This document shows, piece by piece, positions 19,324-30,693 of a stretch of 64,000 nucleotides of DNA. The first letter of the stretch is position 1; every line of letters begins with the position of its first letter. The stretch is taken from the IMG/VR virus record IMGVR_UViG_3300035698_029580; one strand, 5' to 3'. Made by a program: the position numbers and the translations under genes. The notes under the pieces were generated by a model. That model searched no databases. It had not been told where the DNA came from and saw nothing but the letters and a program-made list of their open reading frames with translations. Source of the stretch: a virus. Taxonomy: Duplodnaviria; Caudoviricetes.

Positions 19324-19710
19324 ATGTTAAAAATAGGATTAGATTTTGATAATACAATTACTGCTTCCCTGGAAAGTCTGAGGTTCTTTCAAATGCTTAC
19401 TAAGGCTTTTAAAGGACAAGCAGAAATTCATATTATTACAGGAAGAGAAGTTATAGGAAAATCTAGAAAAGAAACAATAGAAGAATTAAAATTACTAGAT
19501 ATTCATTATGATTATTTGGAGATGACATGGGATAAAAAATACTATATAATGAAAAATGGAATTACTGTTTATTTTGATGATATGGACGAATTTTTAATTG
19601 ATTTGCCTGAATCTGTAGCTGTTTTTAAAGTTAGAGAACAGTATAATTTTAATTTTACTAGTAAACAATGGCTTTATAGTGATAAAACTGGAGCAAAATT
19701 AAAAGGATAA
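19324..19710 (+). CDS. HAD-superfamily hydrolase
   Basis: IGLDFDNT, IITGR, YFDD. Confidence 0.8.
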   Translation: MLKIGLDFDNTITASLESLRFFQMLTKAFKGQAEIHIITGREVIGKSRKETIEELKLLDIHYDYLEMTWDKKYYIMKNGITVYFDDMDEFLIDLPESVAVFKVREQYNFNFTSKQWLYSDKTGAKLKG

Positions 19711-19736
19711 TAAGTGTAATTATTTAAATAAATAAA

Positions 19737-20231
19737 ATGAACTGGTATATCCAAGCACAATTAAATATACATGGAGAACCATTAGAATTTCAAGATAGAA
19801 CAGATGTTCCGTTTTATGATGATATGTTATCCGAAAAAGAATTGGATTGGTACGATCATACAACTAGACAACATAAAGTTGGTCCAAAAAAACAGTATAT
19901 GAAAGAAGTTAAAAATAGGACAGCAGATATTCAATGGATGAGTCCTGATGAGTATATAAATAAATGTGCAGAAGGTTTTTATGAATACTCTGATCCACGA
20001 ATAAAAGAAAAATTTCAAAATGTTTCTGAATATAAGGAATGGATTCTTAATACTAAACAAGAAGATTTAATTAGAGGATATTCAGATAGATGGATAAATG
20101 GAGAAAAACCTCCAATGGTTTATTTGACGTATAAAGATGGTGAATTTTATGGGCAAGAAGGATTACATAGAGCAATTATGGCAAAAAGACTTGGATTAGA
20201 AAAGATACCTGTATTGGTGGCTAATGAATGA
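19737..20231 (+). CDS. MNWY-tagged protein with ParB/Srx-like domain
   Basis: MSPDEY..., QEGLHRAIMA..LG..KIPV. Confidence 0.7.
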   Translation: MNWYIQAQLNIHGEPLEFQDRTDVPFYDDMLSEKELDWYDHTTRQHKVGPKKQYMKEVKNRTADIQWMSPDEYINKCAEGFYEYSDPRIKEKFQNVSEYKEWILNTKQEDLIRGYSDRWINGEKPPMVYLTYKDGEFYGQEGLHRAIMAKRLGLEKIPVLVANE

Positions 20232-20533
20232 ACTGGTATAAAACATCACAATCGTATAATACAGAAGAAGTATCTCTCGAGTGGTTAACTCGTCATAAAA
20301 TTCCTATGGAAGGAAATAAATATGTTTTATATCATGGAAGTCCTAAAAATAATAATCTAACTGAATTAAGAAGTCAGTCTCTTTTAGCGGAAGATCAAAA
20401 AGATGCTCGTTTCTTTGCTGCTAGAGATAGGGGACTTCAGCCAGAAGATATAGTAGTTTATAAAATATTAGTAGAACCATCAGATATAAATGCGGGTGTT
20501 TTTGCGTCATTAAATAGAATTTATAAATTATGA
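20228..20533 (+). CDS. MNWY-tagged protein, possible ADP-ribosyltransferase-like fold
   Basis: LYHGS...LLAED...ARFFA. Confidence 0.55.
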   Translation: MNWYKTSQSYNTEEVSLEWLTRHKIPMEGNKYVLYHGSPKNNNLTELRSQSLLAEDQKDARFFAARDRGLQPEDIVVYKILVEPSDINAGVFASLNRIYKL

Positions 20534-21126
20534 ACTGGTATAAAAAAGCACAAACTACAGATAAACGATGGCAATATGACGAAGATACTATGCTTGATTA
20601 CTATGAGAGACAGAATGAAATCATGATGGAACAGGTTCAAAATTTCAATTATTCAAAACCTGGAGATCGTCAGCCATGGAGGTTAATACCACTGCCAAGA
20701 TTAAAAAAAATATGGGCAGATTATGTTAGAATGGGATTTGTGAGGGATGAACGAGGCATCTCACTTATTGAAAATATTATAATAGAAAATGTAAGAAAAA
20801 TTGAAGCGAATACAATTCTTATGGGTCATACATCTCATAGAGTTGAAGATATGTGAAATGATTATGAAATGACAATGAATGAAACAAATGAGCATGATTT
20901 TTCCGATTGGGCGGTTGATGATAAGGGAAGTTGGAGAATTTCTGATTATGCTCTAGGCAATCTTGTCAATGGAACTCTAGAACTTATGCAAGCAAAAACT
21001 CCCGAAGAGAAGTTGCAAAAAATAGATTTTATTCTTAATGTAGTTCATCAGAGATCAGACATTGCTTCTTGGTTCGTAGAAGGAGGAATTGGAGGATTAG
21101 ATGAATTGAGTAATCAACAGATATGA
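20530..21126 (+). pseudogene. MNWY-tagged gene interrupted by in-frame TGA at 20854-20856
   Basis: ORFs 20530..20856 and 20869..21126 are in the same frame with only the TGA between. Confidence 0.6.
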
Positions 21127-21704
21127 ACTGGTATAAACAAGCACAAACTACAGATACCCTAGATTATTTTGCTGAATTAGATATCTTTCCTGATATTGAA
21201 AAGACAAATAGTCTTATTGAAGAAAAGGTCAATGCTAAAATATTGGGAGAAATAGGTAGAGGAGATAATGGCATAGCATATGACATGAGCAATGGAGATG
21301 TTCTTAAAATAACTACAAATTCTCAAGAATATAAAGTTGCTATTTATCTTATACAAAATCCAAATAAATATATTGCTGAGTATAAACAGGCTTGGCAAGA
21401 CGGAGATTTATATTTTATTGTAATAGAAAAATTAAAAGATATGGTAGTAAATCACCCTACAATTAAATCGTATTTTTTAGATTTGGTGCAAATAGCCAAA
21501 CAGAAATCCTGTTATAATCAATTTTGTTTCTTAGATATATTAGAAAATAATCCTTATATTAATTCTCATCCATATACACCAATAGTAAAAAATTATTTGG
21601 ACCATTTATCTGGAATTTCTTCTCTTAGATTATTTGATATAATTAATCCGGCTAATATCGGCATATCACAAGATGACCAATTAAAGTTTTTTGATATAAA
21701 TTAG
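21123..21704 (+). CDS. MNWY-tagged protein kinase-like protein
   Basis: IGRGDNGIAY, VLKIT, D....N catalytic-loop-like, LKFFD. Confidence 0.7.
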   Translation: MNWYKQAQTTDTLDYFAELDIFPDIEKTNSLIEEKVNAKILGEIGRGDNGIAYDMSNGDVLKITTNSQEYKVAIYLIQNPNKYIAEYKQAWQDGDLYFIVIEKLKDMVVNHPTIKSYFLDLVQIAKQKSCYNQFCFLDILENNPYINSHPYTPIVKNYLDHLSGISSLRLFDIINPANIGISQDDQLKFFDIN

Positions 21705-21712
21705 GACCAATA

Positions 21713-22279
21713 ATGAAATACGATAAATCTAATTTTGAAGAAGAATATGCTACATCTATGGCTTTCTGGGGTCATTTGAAAATTCCAACAATGGCGGCAA
21801 TAGAGTCTTATGTGTATGTTCTTGCAAAGTATAATAATAAAGAGACAAAGAATATTGTTGCCTGTGGCAATCGTCTCAAATTCACATGTATACATTGTTT
21901 AAGAAATTTTCATGAATGGGATGAAAAACTTTTACAGGAATTTAGTGATATTTTTAATATTTTTATTAAATATTTAAAGTCTCCAGAAAAAATAAAGGAA
22001 ACTGAGAAAAATATGAAAGAAGCTTCTGTGTGGGGAGAAAGAATGGTAAACTGTCTAATATCAGAGAAAAATCCTTATAAAATTGCTGTTATTTTTTATA
22101 GTGGCTTGAAGGGTTGTAGTGTTTCTTTGGAAGAATTAAAAAATAAATATAAGGAAAAAAGTGGAAATATCGGTTCTTTGATTAAAAATCTGATGCTCGG
22201 TTTCAAAATGGAGGGATGGGAAAAAGAATCTATAGATGAATTTCAAAAACACCTGGATACACTAGTGTTGGGAGAATAA
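21713..22279 (+). CDS. hypothetical protein
   Basis: ORF with AGGA RBS. Confidence 0.7.
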   Translation: MKYDKSNFEEEYATSMAFWGHLKIPTMAAIESYVYVLAKYNNKETKNIVACGNRLKFTCIHCLRNFHEWDEKLLQEFSDIFNIFIKYLKSPEKIKETEKNMKEASVWGERMVNCLISEKNPYKIAVIFYSGLKGCSVSLEELKNKYKEKSGNIGSLIKNLMLGFKMEGWEKESIDEFQKHLDTLVLGE

Positions 22280-22547
22280 TTACAATATTTTTTGAGATGT
22301 GTCGTGCAAGATGTTTTTTCAACTCACGATTCATGGATGATGGCAGTTTTTGTTTATCACTTAGTGAAACAAAATCAGTCAACCTATAGTAATGAAAAAC
22401 TTAGAATATTAGTATACTTATATTCTAAAATTCTTGAAGTGAAGCATTGGAAGAAAAAAGAAATAGAACAGTTTGAGAAGAAGTTTTTGACGATGGCAAT
22501 AAGATGAACTACCCATTCTTTCGTATAAAATGTGGTAAGGAAGCACT

Positions 22548-22892
22548 ATGAGTAATATAATAAAATTAGGAGATGTTATATTAATTTATCAATTTCCTGT
22601 TGAAAAATCTCTTATTGTTTTGGTAGAAGATATAAATGGACCAACTATAAACACTTATGTTCTAAAACCGGAAACACATAAAAAAAAGAAAAAATTAACT
22701 ATTCAAAAAAAGAATGGGCATTTTATGCCTATTTCTTTTGATCCTTCTCTTCTTCGATATATTCCTGGACATGGATTAGCATTAACAATTCTCAATGAAA
22801 TACAAATTGAACAACTGCTATCTGTTAAACAACTAAAAGAATTAAAAAAGATAGAAAAATTTATAGATGACGATGTGGATTTATTTGCCTAA
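22548..22892 (+). CDS. hypothetical protein
   Basis: ORF with AAGG RBS. Confidence 0.65.
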   Translation: MSNIIKLGDVILIYQFPVEKSLIVLVEDINGPTINTYVLKPETHKKKKKLTIQKKNGHFMPISFDPSLLRYIPGHGLALTILNEIQIEQLLSVKQLKELKKIEKFIDDDVDLFA

Positions 22893-22917
22893 AATTTCCT
22901 ATTAATAGGAGAAAATC

Positions 22918-23232
22918 ATGGTTAAATATGTTGGCAACAAAGTAGAAAACAGTAGTATTCCTTTAATAATCAATGTTGTTAATAAAGATAAAAAGTACAA
23001 ATTGAGACATGTTATTAGGCATAGTCCTACTGGATTTCAATGGGGTTATGAAGGTTCTGGTCCTGCTGATACATCTTTATCTATTCTTGTAGATTTTTGT
23101 CAAAGAAAAAAATTGGATATAAAAATAGCAGAAGATAATTATATGGATTTTAAACGGGATTTCATTTCTCAGCAAGAAAAAATATTAAAAATTACTGATA
23201 GAGAAATTGAAAATTGGCTAAAAAATAAATAA
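22918..23232 (+). CDS. DUF6166-like protein
   Basis: HSPTGFQWGYEGSGPAD motif. Confidence 0.75.
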   Translation: MVKYVGNKVENSSIPLIINVVNKDKKYKLRHVIRHSPTGFQWGYEGSGPADTSLSILVDFCQRKKLDIKIAEDNYMDFKRDFISQQEKILKITDREIENWLKNK

Positions 23233-23648
23233 AGTGATTTTCGAGGATAATAAATCAATTACAGAAAATTGTAAAGAAAAATTATAATGAATAATTACGA
23301 GGACTTAGAATATAATTTCTCTAATAGAGATAAAATAAGAGAACCTAAAAAAAATTTGTTTTATTGTGATTGTGATTGTAATATGGTCGGCAGATGGAAA
23401 AAATGTGAAATTTGCGGGAAAAGAATGGGAAATAAATGCTTGAAAAAACCATCACCAAAACAATAGAAAGAAGAAAATTAATATGTTAAAAATAACAAAG
23501 ATTATTATGTGGTTGATTGTATTATTTTTTTCAATTTGGTTTATACAAAAATTTGTTTGGTTGCTTTTGATAATTATTTCTGTGTGGGCTCTAATAAGAC
23601 TCTTTAAAGAAAATAAGAAAATAATCCCTTATAAAGAAGAAGAAAAAT

Positions 23649-24116
23649 ATGGAAGATGATACTATTTTAGAAATTTTGCGGCTAAAAGACAAAATAAAAA
23701 AAATTGAAACAGAAAATAATGAATGGAAAAAAATTGAAACAGAAAATAATGAATGGAAAAAACTTGTTAATGAGGCAGAAGAAGCAGCAGGATTAGAAAC
23801 TAAAGCAATTTCACCAAAATCTAGAAATATAATAGATTTTATTCTCCATCTTAAAAGAGGTCACGATAATTGGAATGATATAAAATCTCGTGTAGATGTA
23901 ACCGCTGATGGTGTGTTTGTTTTTATTGATGATAAAGTGTGGCTTCCTGCAACAGATAAACATAAGGAAATTGAAGGTACAGTTGGCTTTTCCAGACAAA
24001 AAAATGCTTTAGTAGCAGAGTTTGGATGGATTGATGGAGTTTCCGAATCATTGAAAAGTTCAGTAAAATATAATATCTCTAAATGCTATTCTAAGAAGAA
24101 CTCAAAAAAAGAATAG
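23649..24116 (+). CDS. hypothetical protein with 30-bp tandem duplication
   Basis: KKIETENNEW x2. Confidence 0.7.
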   Translation: MEDDTILEILRLKDKIKKIETENNEWKKIETENNEWKKLVNEAEEAAGLETKAISPKSRNIIDFILHLKRGHDNWNDIKSRVDVTADGVFVFIDDKVWLPATDKHKEIEGTVGFSRQKNALVAEFGWIDGVSESLKSSVKYNISKCYSKKNSKKE

Positions 24117-25191
24117 AAGATATTTTGATTTTAAGAAGTAGTAATATCTTAACAAAAAATTATGGGGGATTGGATATGCATATAGAAAATGTTATGGATA
24201 AGTTGCTAGGTATTTTGGTAGCAATCTGTATATTTGTTTTTACAATAGCTACAGTCAATTGGGTGTTGCAAGAAAAAATTCGCCCAGAAATAAAGTTCTC
24301 AGAAGGAGATATAGTAAAAATTGTTGATACTGATAAAATAGTACAAATAGTAGGAAAACCTATTTGGAAATTATCATGGAATGAAAGATATTGGCTCTAT
24401 TATTGTAAAATTATAGAAAAAAATCCAAATACCACAGATTATGAAGAACAATTTATATCACGATATGTCTATAAAGAAGAATATGAATTAAGAGAATTTG
24501 ATTAAAAATTTCCGGAGGAAAATAAATGACGTATAAAAAAAATGAAATGATAGAAAATGCCTTTTATGCTATAAACGGAAAAGATTGGAATAGAAAAAAC
24601 TGTCAATGTGACCCTGATGTTGGAATGGCACCATGTCAATATTGTGCAATGTTCAACTAGAACTTAAAATTATGATAATTTGTAAAAATTGTAAATTCTT
24701 CAAATCTCAAAAAGAAAATCCTCAACAAAAATTTGTTGAAGTAAATTCTCAATCAACTAACTTTGTTATTGTTAAAAAAATTAAAATGTGTCAACATTTT
24801 ATCTGCTTTAAATATTCCCAAAAAGATGATGTAGCTTACGGCCCCTACGAAATAAAAGAACGAATTCAAGGACAAGCTCAACTTAATAAAGATTATAAAT
24901 GTAAATATTTTAAAAAATTATGGTGGAAATTTTGGGAGAAATGCAATATGATATCTCAGGAGAAGAAATTTAATATATAAATTATGAATTTAAATCTAGA
25001 AACTATTATTACTATTATTAGTGTTCTTTTTTGGATATTTTTGTTTTGTAAAATTCTATAAATCATTTGTCCGTAATGGGTTATAAAAAATAGTCCCATT
25101 AGATTTTTCATTTTACAAGTGATTTTTTTTGCGGTAGAAAAGATAATACACATAGAACCAAGTAAATTAAAAAATCAGAAATAAAGGAGAT

Positions 25192-25500
25192 GTGATGGCG
25201 GCTGCACACGGACAAATGAAATGTAAGATATATCCAAGTGCCTTCTCTGGCGAAGTGGTTTTTCAGGTTGACACAGTGGACGGGCAAAGTTTTGAAGGCA
25301 TAGCCCCAAAGCACTATGTTGCGTCCATCACTCAACCAATAAAGGATGTCTCAGACGGGCAACTTAAAGAGGGCGTAGATGGACAACTTAAAGTACGAGT
25401 CTTAAGCAATAAAAGAAAAATAACTAGGGTGAGGTTGCCTGATGAGCAAATTTTGAATGTTTCAGCAGATAAGGTTGTTCTGTTGGTGAACAAGACATAG
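25192..25500 (+). CDS. hypothetical protein
   Basis: AAGGAG RBS; locally higher GC. Confidence 0.65.
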   Translation: MMAAAHGQMKCKIYPSAFSGEVVFQVDTVDGQSFEGIAPKHYVASITQPIKDVSDGQLKEGVDGQLKVRVLSNKRKITRVRLPDEQILNVSADKVVLLVNKT

Positions 25501-25516
25501 AGAAAAAGGTAATGTA

Positions 25517-26053
25517 ATGACTGAAAACAGAAAATTTATAAATCGTTTTCTTACTCTTTCTCATGTTTATAAATTAACAATTGCCAAGCAATTAAATTTA
25601 ATGCCTGATAAACATGAAGATATGAATGATATGGAACTTTATTATAATATTTTGAACCGGGCAAAAGACAAGGGAGTACTAGCGGATTTATGGGATGCTG
25701 TTGAAAAAGCACATCGGAATGACGATACTGGGGACAATCCTTTTAGAAAAAGTATAGCAAATATAGAGGAAAAAGAAGATAATATAATGAGCAAGGATCC
25801 ACAAAATTTTAGTGCTGAGGAACAAGCCTACTGGGAAGGTCGTGCTGAAGAAAAATATCTTCGAGATAAAGAAATTCAGGAATTAAAGGAAGAATCAGAA
25901 GAATCGGATCGGTTGAGAGAAGTAATGGGGGACATATTAACGAGAATAGCTAATGTTTTCAAAGGTCCACCTCCAAAACTCACAATATGGAGTTGGCACG
26001 ACTTGCCCGAACTATGTGCAAAATTAAAAGATCTAGAGGAGAAGAAGGAATAG
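25517..26053 (+). CDS. hypothetical protein
   Basis: ORF with AAGG RBS. Confidence 0.7.
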   Translation: MTENRKFINRFLTLSHVYKLTIAKQLNLMPDKHEDMNDMELYYNILNRAKDKGVLADLWDAVEKAHRNDDTGDNPFRKSIANIEEKEDNIMSKDPQNFSAEEQAYWEGRAEEKYLRDKEIQELKEESEESDRLREVMGDILTRIANVFKGPPPKLTIWSWHDLPELCAKLKDLEEKKE

Positions 26054-26316
26054 ATGTTATGAAATGTGAAAAATGTGGTGCTCCTGTCTCAGTAAAAGTT
26101 TTCTGCGGTTCTCCAAGATATGACGATGACCATTTAACTGAATTAAAAAAAGAAAATACCAAGTTGCAGAATAGACTTGATAAATATACTTCCAAAAAAG
26201 ATATTATCTGTCCTTTCTGCGGAGAAGGTGATTTCGACCTGATCGGACTAAAACATCACTTGAATGCTTATTGCGATAATTATCAAAAGATTCAACCCTT
26301 GAAATGAAAGGATAAA

Positions 26317-26580
26317 ATGTCAACTTTTAAAAAACATTGTGATGAATGCCTTATTGAATTAGGAGAAGAATTTCAAGAAGTACATCTTTGGCTGGATGAA
26401 TTCTTTAAAGAACAAGGGCCTAAACATAGAAATATAAGACATCATGAAGAGGGAGTAGAAGAAATAAGAGAGAAGTGGGGAGACAAAGCAGCAGAAGCAG
26501 CCATTTTGCATATTAAAGCAGATTGTAAAGGTATAATTCCTACGATGAAACAAATTAAATTATGGTCATTATTTAGTTAA
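26317..26580 (+). CDS. DUF6915-like HD-type small protein
   Basis: H......G.....VH.WLD...HR..RHH..G...A..HI..D. Confidence 0.55.
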   Translation: MSTFKKHCDECLIELGEEFQEVHLWLDEFFKEQGPKHRNIRHHEEGVEEIREKWGDKAAEAAILHIKADCKGIIPTMKQIKLWSLFS

Positions 26581-26835
26581 AAAAATAAAATGTTAGATAA
26601 AAATAATACTCTATATACTTCAATTTCCTATAGAACCTGTCCATGCTCCATGACTTTTAATACCATAGCAGAAGAATATAATTTTAATACAGAAAATATA
26701 GAAATAAGAGTTAGGGTAAAGAAAAAAATTTGGACAACTAATAGAAAATGTATAGAATTAAGATATGCACCTAGAAATCCTAAAATATTCTCATCAAAAG
26801 AAGATACTAGAACTGATATATAAAAGGATAACAAA

Positions 26836-27288
26836 ATGTTCAGTACTCTAACATCTCGAGCCAAATGTACAAATTGTAATAAAATATTTTTTGAAGGAAA
26901 TGGATGGAATGATTTTCTTATAATGGAAGATGGTAAAACAGTTTCACCTCTTCCTCATCCTGGAGATTGTTTTTGGAGAATTGGGAGAGCCAGAGAATTA
27001 GGTTTTACTCATAATTTTAAAGAAGAAGATTATAAAGATAATCCTCCAGATATATATGGGGATATATTTAAAGCTGCTGATGAATTTTTAAAAGAAAAAG
27101 AAATATACGGTATTGTTTATTTAGGTTATAATTTTGATACTAAAATGGCTGAATATCATATGTTATCAAAATTTCCAGATAAATTTGTTTTTCGAAAAGA
27201 CATAGAAAATTGTAGTTGTGATAATTGTTCTGAAGGAAAAATAGAGGTTAGTATGGTCCCAGAAAAATGTTTCTTTTCTCCAATATAA
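26836..27288 (+). CDS. hypothetical zinc-binding protein
   Basis: CxxC at both ends. Confidence 0.65.
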   Translation: MFSTLTSRAKCTNCNKIFFEGNGWNDFLIMEDGKTVSPLPHPGDCFWRIGRARELGFTHNFKEEDYKDNPPDIYGDIFKAADEFLKEKEIYGIVYLGYNFDTKMAEYHMLSKFPDKFVFRKDIENCSCDNCSEGKIEVSMVPEKCFFSPI

Positions 27289-27399
27289 AATACTGATTTT
27301 TAATTAATTGTGATAAGGTATTTGTTATTATGATTATAAGCCTTATTTGACTAGAAACGAAGATTTTTTATTTTTTAACCTTATAATTAAAGAATTATT

Positions 27400-27792
27400 A
27401 TGAAAACAGTTATTTTTGATAATTATGATGAAACAGTTATTCCTTTTGAAAATGTAGAAGCAGGATGTGTATATGTTATTGTACACCAATTCTATCTTTA
27501 TATTCTTAGGAAAATTGAGTTTGAAAACAAATTTCCTGTCTGGACATGGATAGCTCTCGAACACTCCTCTCAAGATTTTAGAGAAGCAAACTCCGAAAAA
27601 GATTTTCCTAATCACAACTTCCTAGAAGAAGAGTCCTTTTACGAAATTATTAAAGAAACACATGATAAAGGATATAATATCTTCCAGTTCGATGATTTTA
27701 GAGATGTGGTATATGAATTTTCTGAGTTAGAAAATGCTGCCGAATTAGAAAATAAAAAAATAATTGATAAAATGAATAAGAAAGGAAAATAA
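27400..27792 (+). CDS. hypothetical protein
   Basis: ORF in operon. Confidence 0.65.
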   Translation: MKTVIFDNYDETVIPFENVEAGCVYVIVHQFYLYILRKIEFENKFPVWTWIALEHSSQDFREANSEKDFPNHNFLEEESFYEIIKETHDKGYNIFQFDDFRDVVYEFSELENAAELENKKIIDKMNKKGK

Positions 27793-27989
27793 TGGATAAA
27801 AAATGTACCTGCCATGACAAACATATTTGTACTACTAATGCTAACCTCTTTGGTAAAAAACCCATCCCCCTAGCCTCTCCCGTTACCCCTAGAAATAATC
27901 TTGGAAGAAATGATAAATGCCCCTGTAATTCAGGTAAAAAATATAAAAATTGCTGCCTTAATAAACCCTCTATATTAGAAAATAAGTAA
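27792..27989 (+). CDS. SEC-C motif protein
   Basis: [18 protein letters not shown]. Confidence 0.85.
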   Translation: MDKKCTCHDKHICTTNANLFGKKPIPLASPVTPRNNLGRNDKCPCNSGKKYKNCCLNKPSILENK

Positions 27990-29089
27990 TGACAGACCAA
28001 ATAATTAAATGCGATAATTGCGGAAATGAAATAAAAATAGAAGAAGCTCTGACTAAACAAATAAAAGCATCTCTAAATAATGACTTCGATAAAAAAGTAG
28101 CAGAAAAAACTAAACAAATTGTTTCAGAACAAACTAAAGAACTACAAGATGAAATAAATGAAAAAAATACTAGATTACTAAATGCTAATAAAAAAGAATT
28201 AGAACTCCTTAAAAGACAAAGACAAATTGAAGAAAAAACACAAAATTTAGAATTAGAAGTTGAAAGGAAATTAGCCTCAGAAAGAAAAAGAATATTCGAT
28301 GAAATATCACAAAAATCAGCAGAAGAAAATATGCTGAAAATGAGAGAAAAAGATGATCAATTTGCAGCTATGAAAAAACAAATTGATGAACTTAAAAGAA
28401 AAGCAGAAGTGGGCTCCCAAGAAGCTCAAGGTGAAGCATTAGAAGGTGCTCTAAAAGATAACCTCCAACATATTTTCCCCTATGACCAAATAACAGAAAT
28501 AAAGAGAGGTATCAAAGGAGCCGATGTATTACAAAAAGTCTTTCATAATAATAAAGAATGTGGCTCTATCCTCTGGGAAGCAAAAAATACTAAAGAATTC
28601 CAAAAAAAATGGATAGATAAACTGAAACAAGACCAACAAGATGCTAAGGCAGATATAGCAGTTATTATCTCCATCGTCCTACCTAAAGAAATTAAGAATT
28701 TCGACAAACAAAATGATATATGGATAACTGATTATAAATCGACTATAGGACTAGCAACTGCTCTAAGACAAACTCTTATAATGGTTACTAAAGAAAAAAC
28801 TAGAATTAAATATCAAAATAGTATGAAAGATGTTGTCTATGAATATATCACTGGTAATGAATTTTCCATGAGAATTAAACAAATTGTTGCCGCCTATGTG
28901 GAAATGCAAAGCGATATAGAAACAGAAAAAAGATCCCTAAATAGAATATGGGCAAAAAGAGAAAAACAAAATACCCTAGTACTTGAAAATCTTAGCGGTA
29001 TAAGAGGAGAAATAGAAGGTATGGTGGGCGGACAAAAATCCTTGCCGGAAATTAATAATCTTTTATTAATAGAACCAGAGGAGAATTAA
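27989..29089 (+). CDS. DUF2130 family coiled-coil protein
   Basis: GSQEAQGEALE, FPYD.I.E..G..GAD..Q, GSILWEAKNTK, W.KREKQ. Confidence 0.85.
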   Translation: MTDQIIKCDNCGNEIKIEEALTKQIKASLNNDFDKKVAEKTKQIVSEQTKELQDEINEKNTRLLNANKKELELLKRQRQIEEKTQNLELEVERKLASERKRIFDEISQKSAEENMLKMREKDDQFAAMKKQIDELKRKAEVGSQEAQGEALEGALKDNLQHIFPYDQITEIKRGIKGADVLQKVFHNNKECGSILWEAKNTKEFQKKWIDKLKQDQQDAKADIAVIISIVLPKEIKNFDKQNDIWITDYKSTIGLATALRQTLIMVTKEKTRIKYQNSMKDVVYEYITGNEFSMRIKQIVAAYVEMQSDIETEKRSLNRIWAKREKQNTLVLENLSGIRGEIEGMVGGQKSLPEINNLLLIEPEEN

Positions 29090-29090
29090 A

Positions 29091-29429
29091 ATGAAAAAAT
29101 TAATATGTTATGAAGATGCTATTACTTTTGATAATATAACTTCTAATGATTATATTGTGGCAGTCATAAAAAGTATAAAATATTCCATTAAAAAAGATAT
29201 ATTAGTAGGAAGATTAAGGGCTGATAATGTACTTGTCTTTATAAATGTTGTGACAGTCTCTGATGATAAGTTTTATTATTATACTCTTAATGAGGGTAGT
29301 AATTTTGAGTATTCTAATTATGATATTTATGTTTTCTCTAATGAACAAGAATATTTTAGATTTCTGGCCGAGAAATTAAATTCTCTTGCTGTTGATTTTG
29401 ATGTAGAATATGGACCAACAGAAGAATAA
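29091..29429 (+). CDS. hypothetical protein, tandem paralog of 29484..29774
   Basis: Shared C-terminus EY.RFL.EKLNS.A.DFDVE.GPTEE. Confidence 0.75.
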   Translation: MKKLICYEDAITFDNITSNDYIVAVIKSIKYSIKKDILVGRLRADNVLVFINVVTVSDDKFYYYTLNEGSNFEYSNYDIYVFSNEQEYFRFLAEKLNSLAVDFDVEYGPTEE

Positions 29430-29804
29430 AATGAGTAATTATGGAAAAAGATAATATAAACCCTACCATGAAAGGTAATTAAAATGGAAAAATTAGTGTC
29501 AGACAAAAAAGATTTGGAAAATGGACTCCTTATAGTGGCTGTCGAAAAAAATAACAAAGATATCCTTAGCGGAAAAGTAGTAGACCAAGATATGTATTTT
29601 GTCGATGTTCTAAATCCTCTGAAATCCGTTTTTTGTAAAATAAAAAATACCGTTCTAGATGATTATAATATATATGCCTTCAATAATGAAAAAGAATACC
29701 TTAGATTTCTAAGTGAAAAGTTAAATTCTTTTGCTCTTGATTTTGATGTAGAACATGGACCAACAGAAGAATAAAATGAGTAATTATGGAAAAAGATAAT
29801 ATAA
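29392..29804 (+). repeat. 68-bp direct repeat (29392-29459 and 29737-29804, 1 mismatch)
   Basis: Covers gene end, spacer and next start codon MEKDNI. Confidence 0.85.
29484..29774 (+). CDS. hypothetical protein, tandem paralog of 29091..29429
   Basis: As above. Confidence 0.75.
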   Translation: MEKLVSDKKDLENGLLIVAVEKNNKDILSGKVVDQDMYFVDVLNPLKSVFCKIKNTVLDDYNIYAFNNEKEYLRFLSEKLNSFALDFDVEHGPTEE

Positions 29805-30439
29805 TATTATGTAAAAATAGTATATTAGAAATAATAAATAATAGATCCTACTCGTGCCTAAGATTGGCTCAAGATATAGATGAATTGGCTTCAAAAAATA
29901 AGTGGGAACAAATCTCTAAAGATGGTAAAAATTATAATGTCTATCTCAATAATAAAAAAACTCCTTCTAAAATTCAATGCCCCTATGGACCTGTAGGAAA
30001 ATTTCTGAATGTCCAAGAATCATGGGCAGATGTCACTAATCTAGTTAATTGGAAAACTAAAAATAAAAAACCTCCACATGATGAGTATAAGGTAGTTGCC
30101 CATCAAGCCGATGGACAAGTTAGAGATTGTACTATGGCTCTCTGGCCTCCTCAAGATTTTGTCATAAATGATATGAAAAAAAAAGATCTTATTAAATGGA
30201 ATTCTCCTCTTGATATGCCTCAATATTACTCCAGATTTCATCTGATCCCTACCCTTATTTCCTTACTAAAATTACAACAATCTTTCTCTCTATATTCCTA
30301 TTTTGATGAAATTATTACTGAACCAGTAGAAAATTCAGTTATGCTCCCTGATGATAATAAATGGGTGTGGTCCATAAACTTTAAAGTAGTAAAACCTTCC
30401 TATTGCTGGATCACAGATAAAGAATGGTTCGGGGAATAA
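29786..30439 (+). CDS. ASCH/PUA-like phage protein (CPYG family)
   Basis: CPYGPVG..L.VQESW, W.SP..MP...SR..L, WVWSINF. Confidence 0.6.
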   Translation: MEKDNIILCKNSILEIINNRSYSCLRLAQDIDELASKNKWEQISKDGKNYNVYLNNKKTPSKIQCPYGPVGKFLNVQESWADVTNLVNWKTKNKKPPHDEYKVVAHQADGQVRDCTMALWPPQDFVINDMKKKDLIKWNSPLDMPQYYSRFHLIPTLISLLKLQQSFSLYSYFDEIITEPVENSVMLPDDNKWVWSINFKVVKPSYCWITDKEWFGE

Positions 30440-30693
30440 TTATGTATCTTTTATTATTAGTTTATTTGACTTTTGGAATTCTAACCAATTTCGCCCTAAA
30501 AGAAGATATGAAAAAATTAATGGGGAACGATAAAATGACGTGGAAATATAAAGCTGGATTACTAGTAGCTAGCCTTATCTTCTGGCCTTTTCTCTTCTTA
30601 TTCTCCCTTATCTATGTCTTCCTAAATATAGTAAAAAAAATACTCGATGTCTCAAAATTTGTTAAACAAAAATTTCGCGGAAAATAAAAACTA

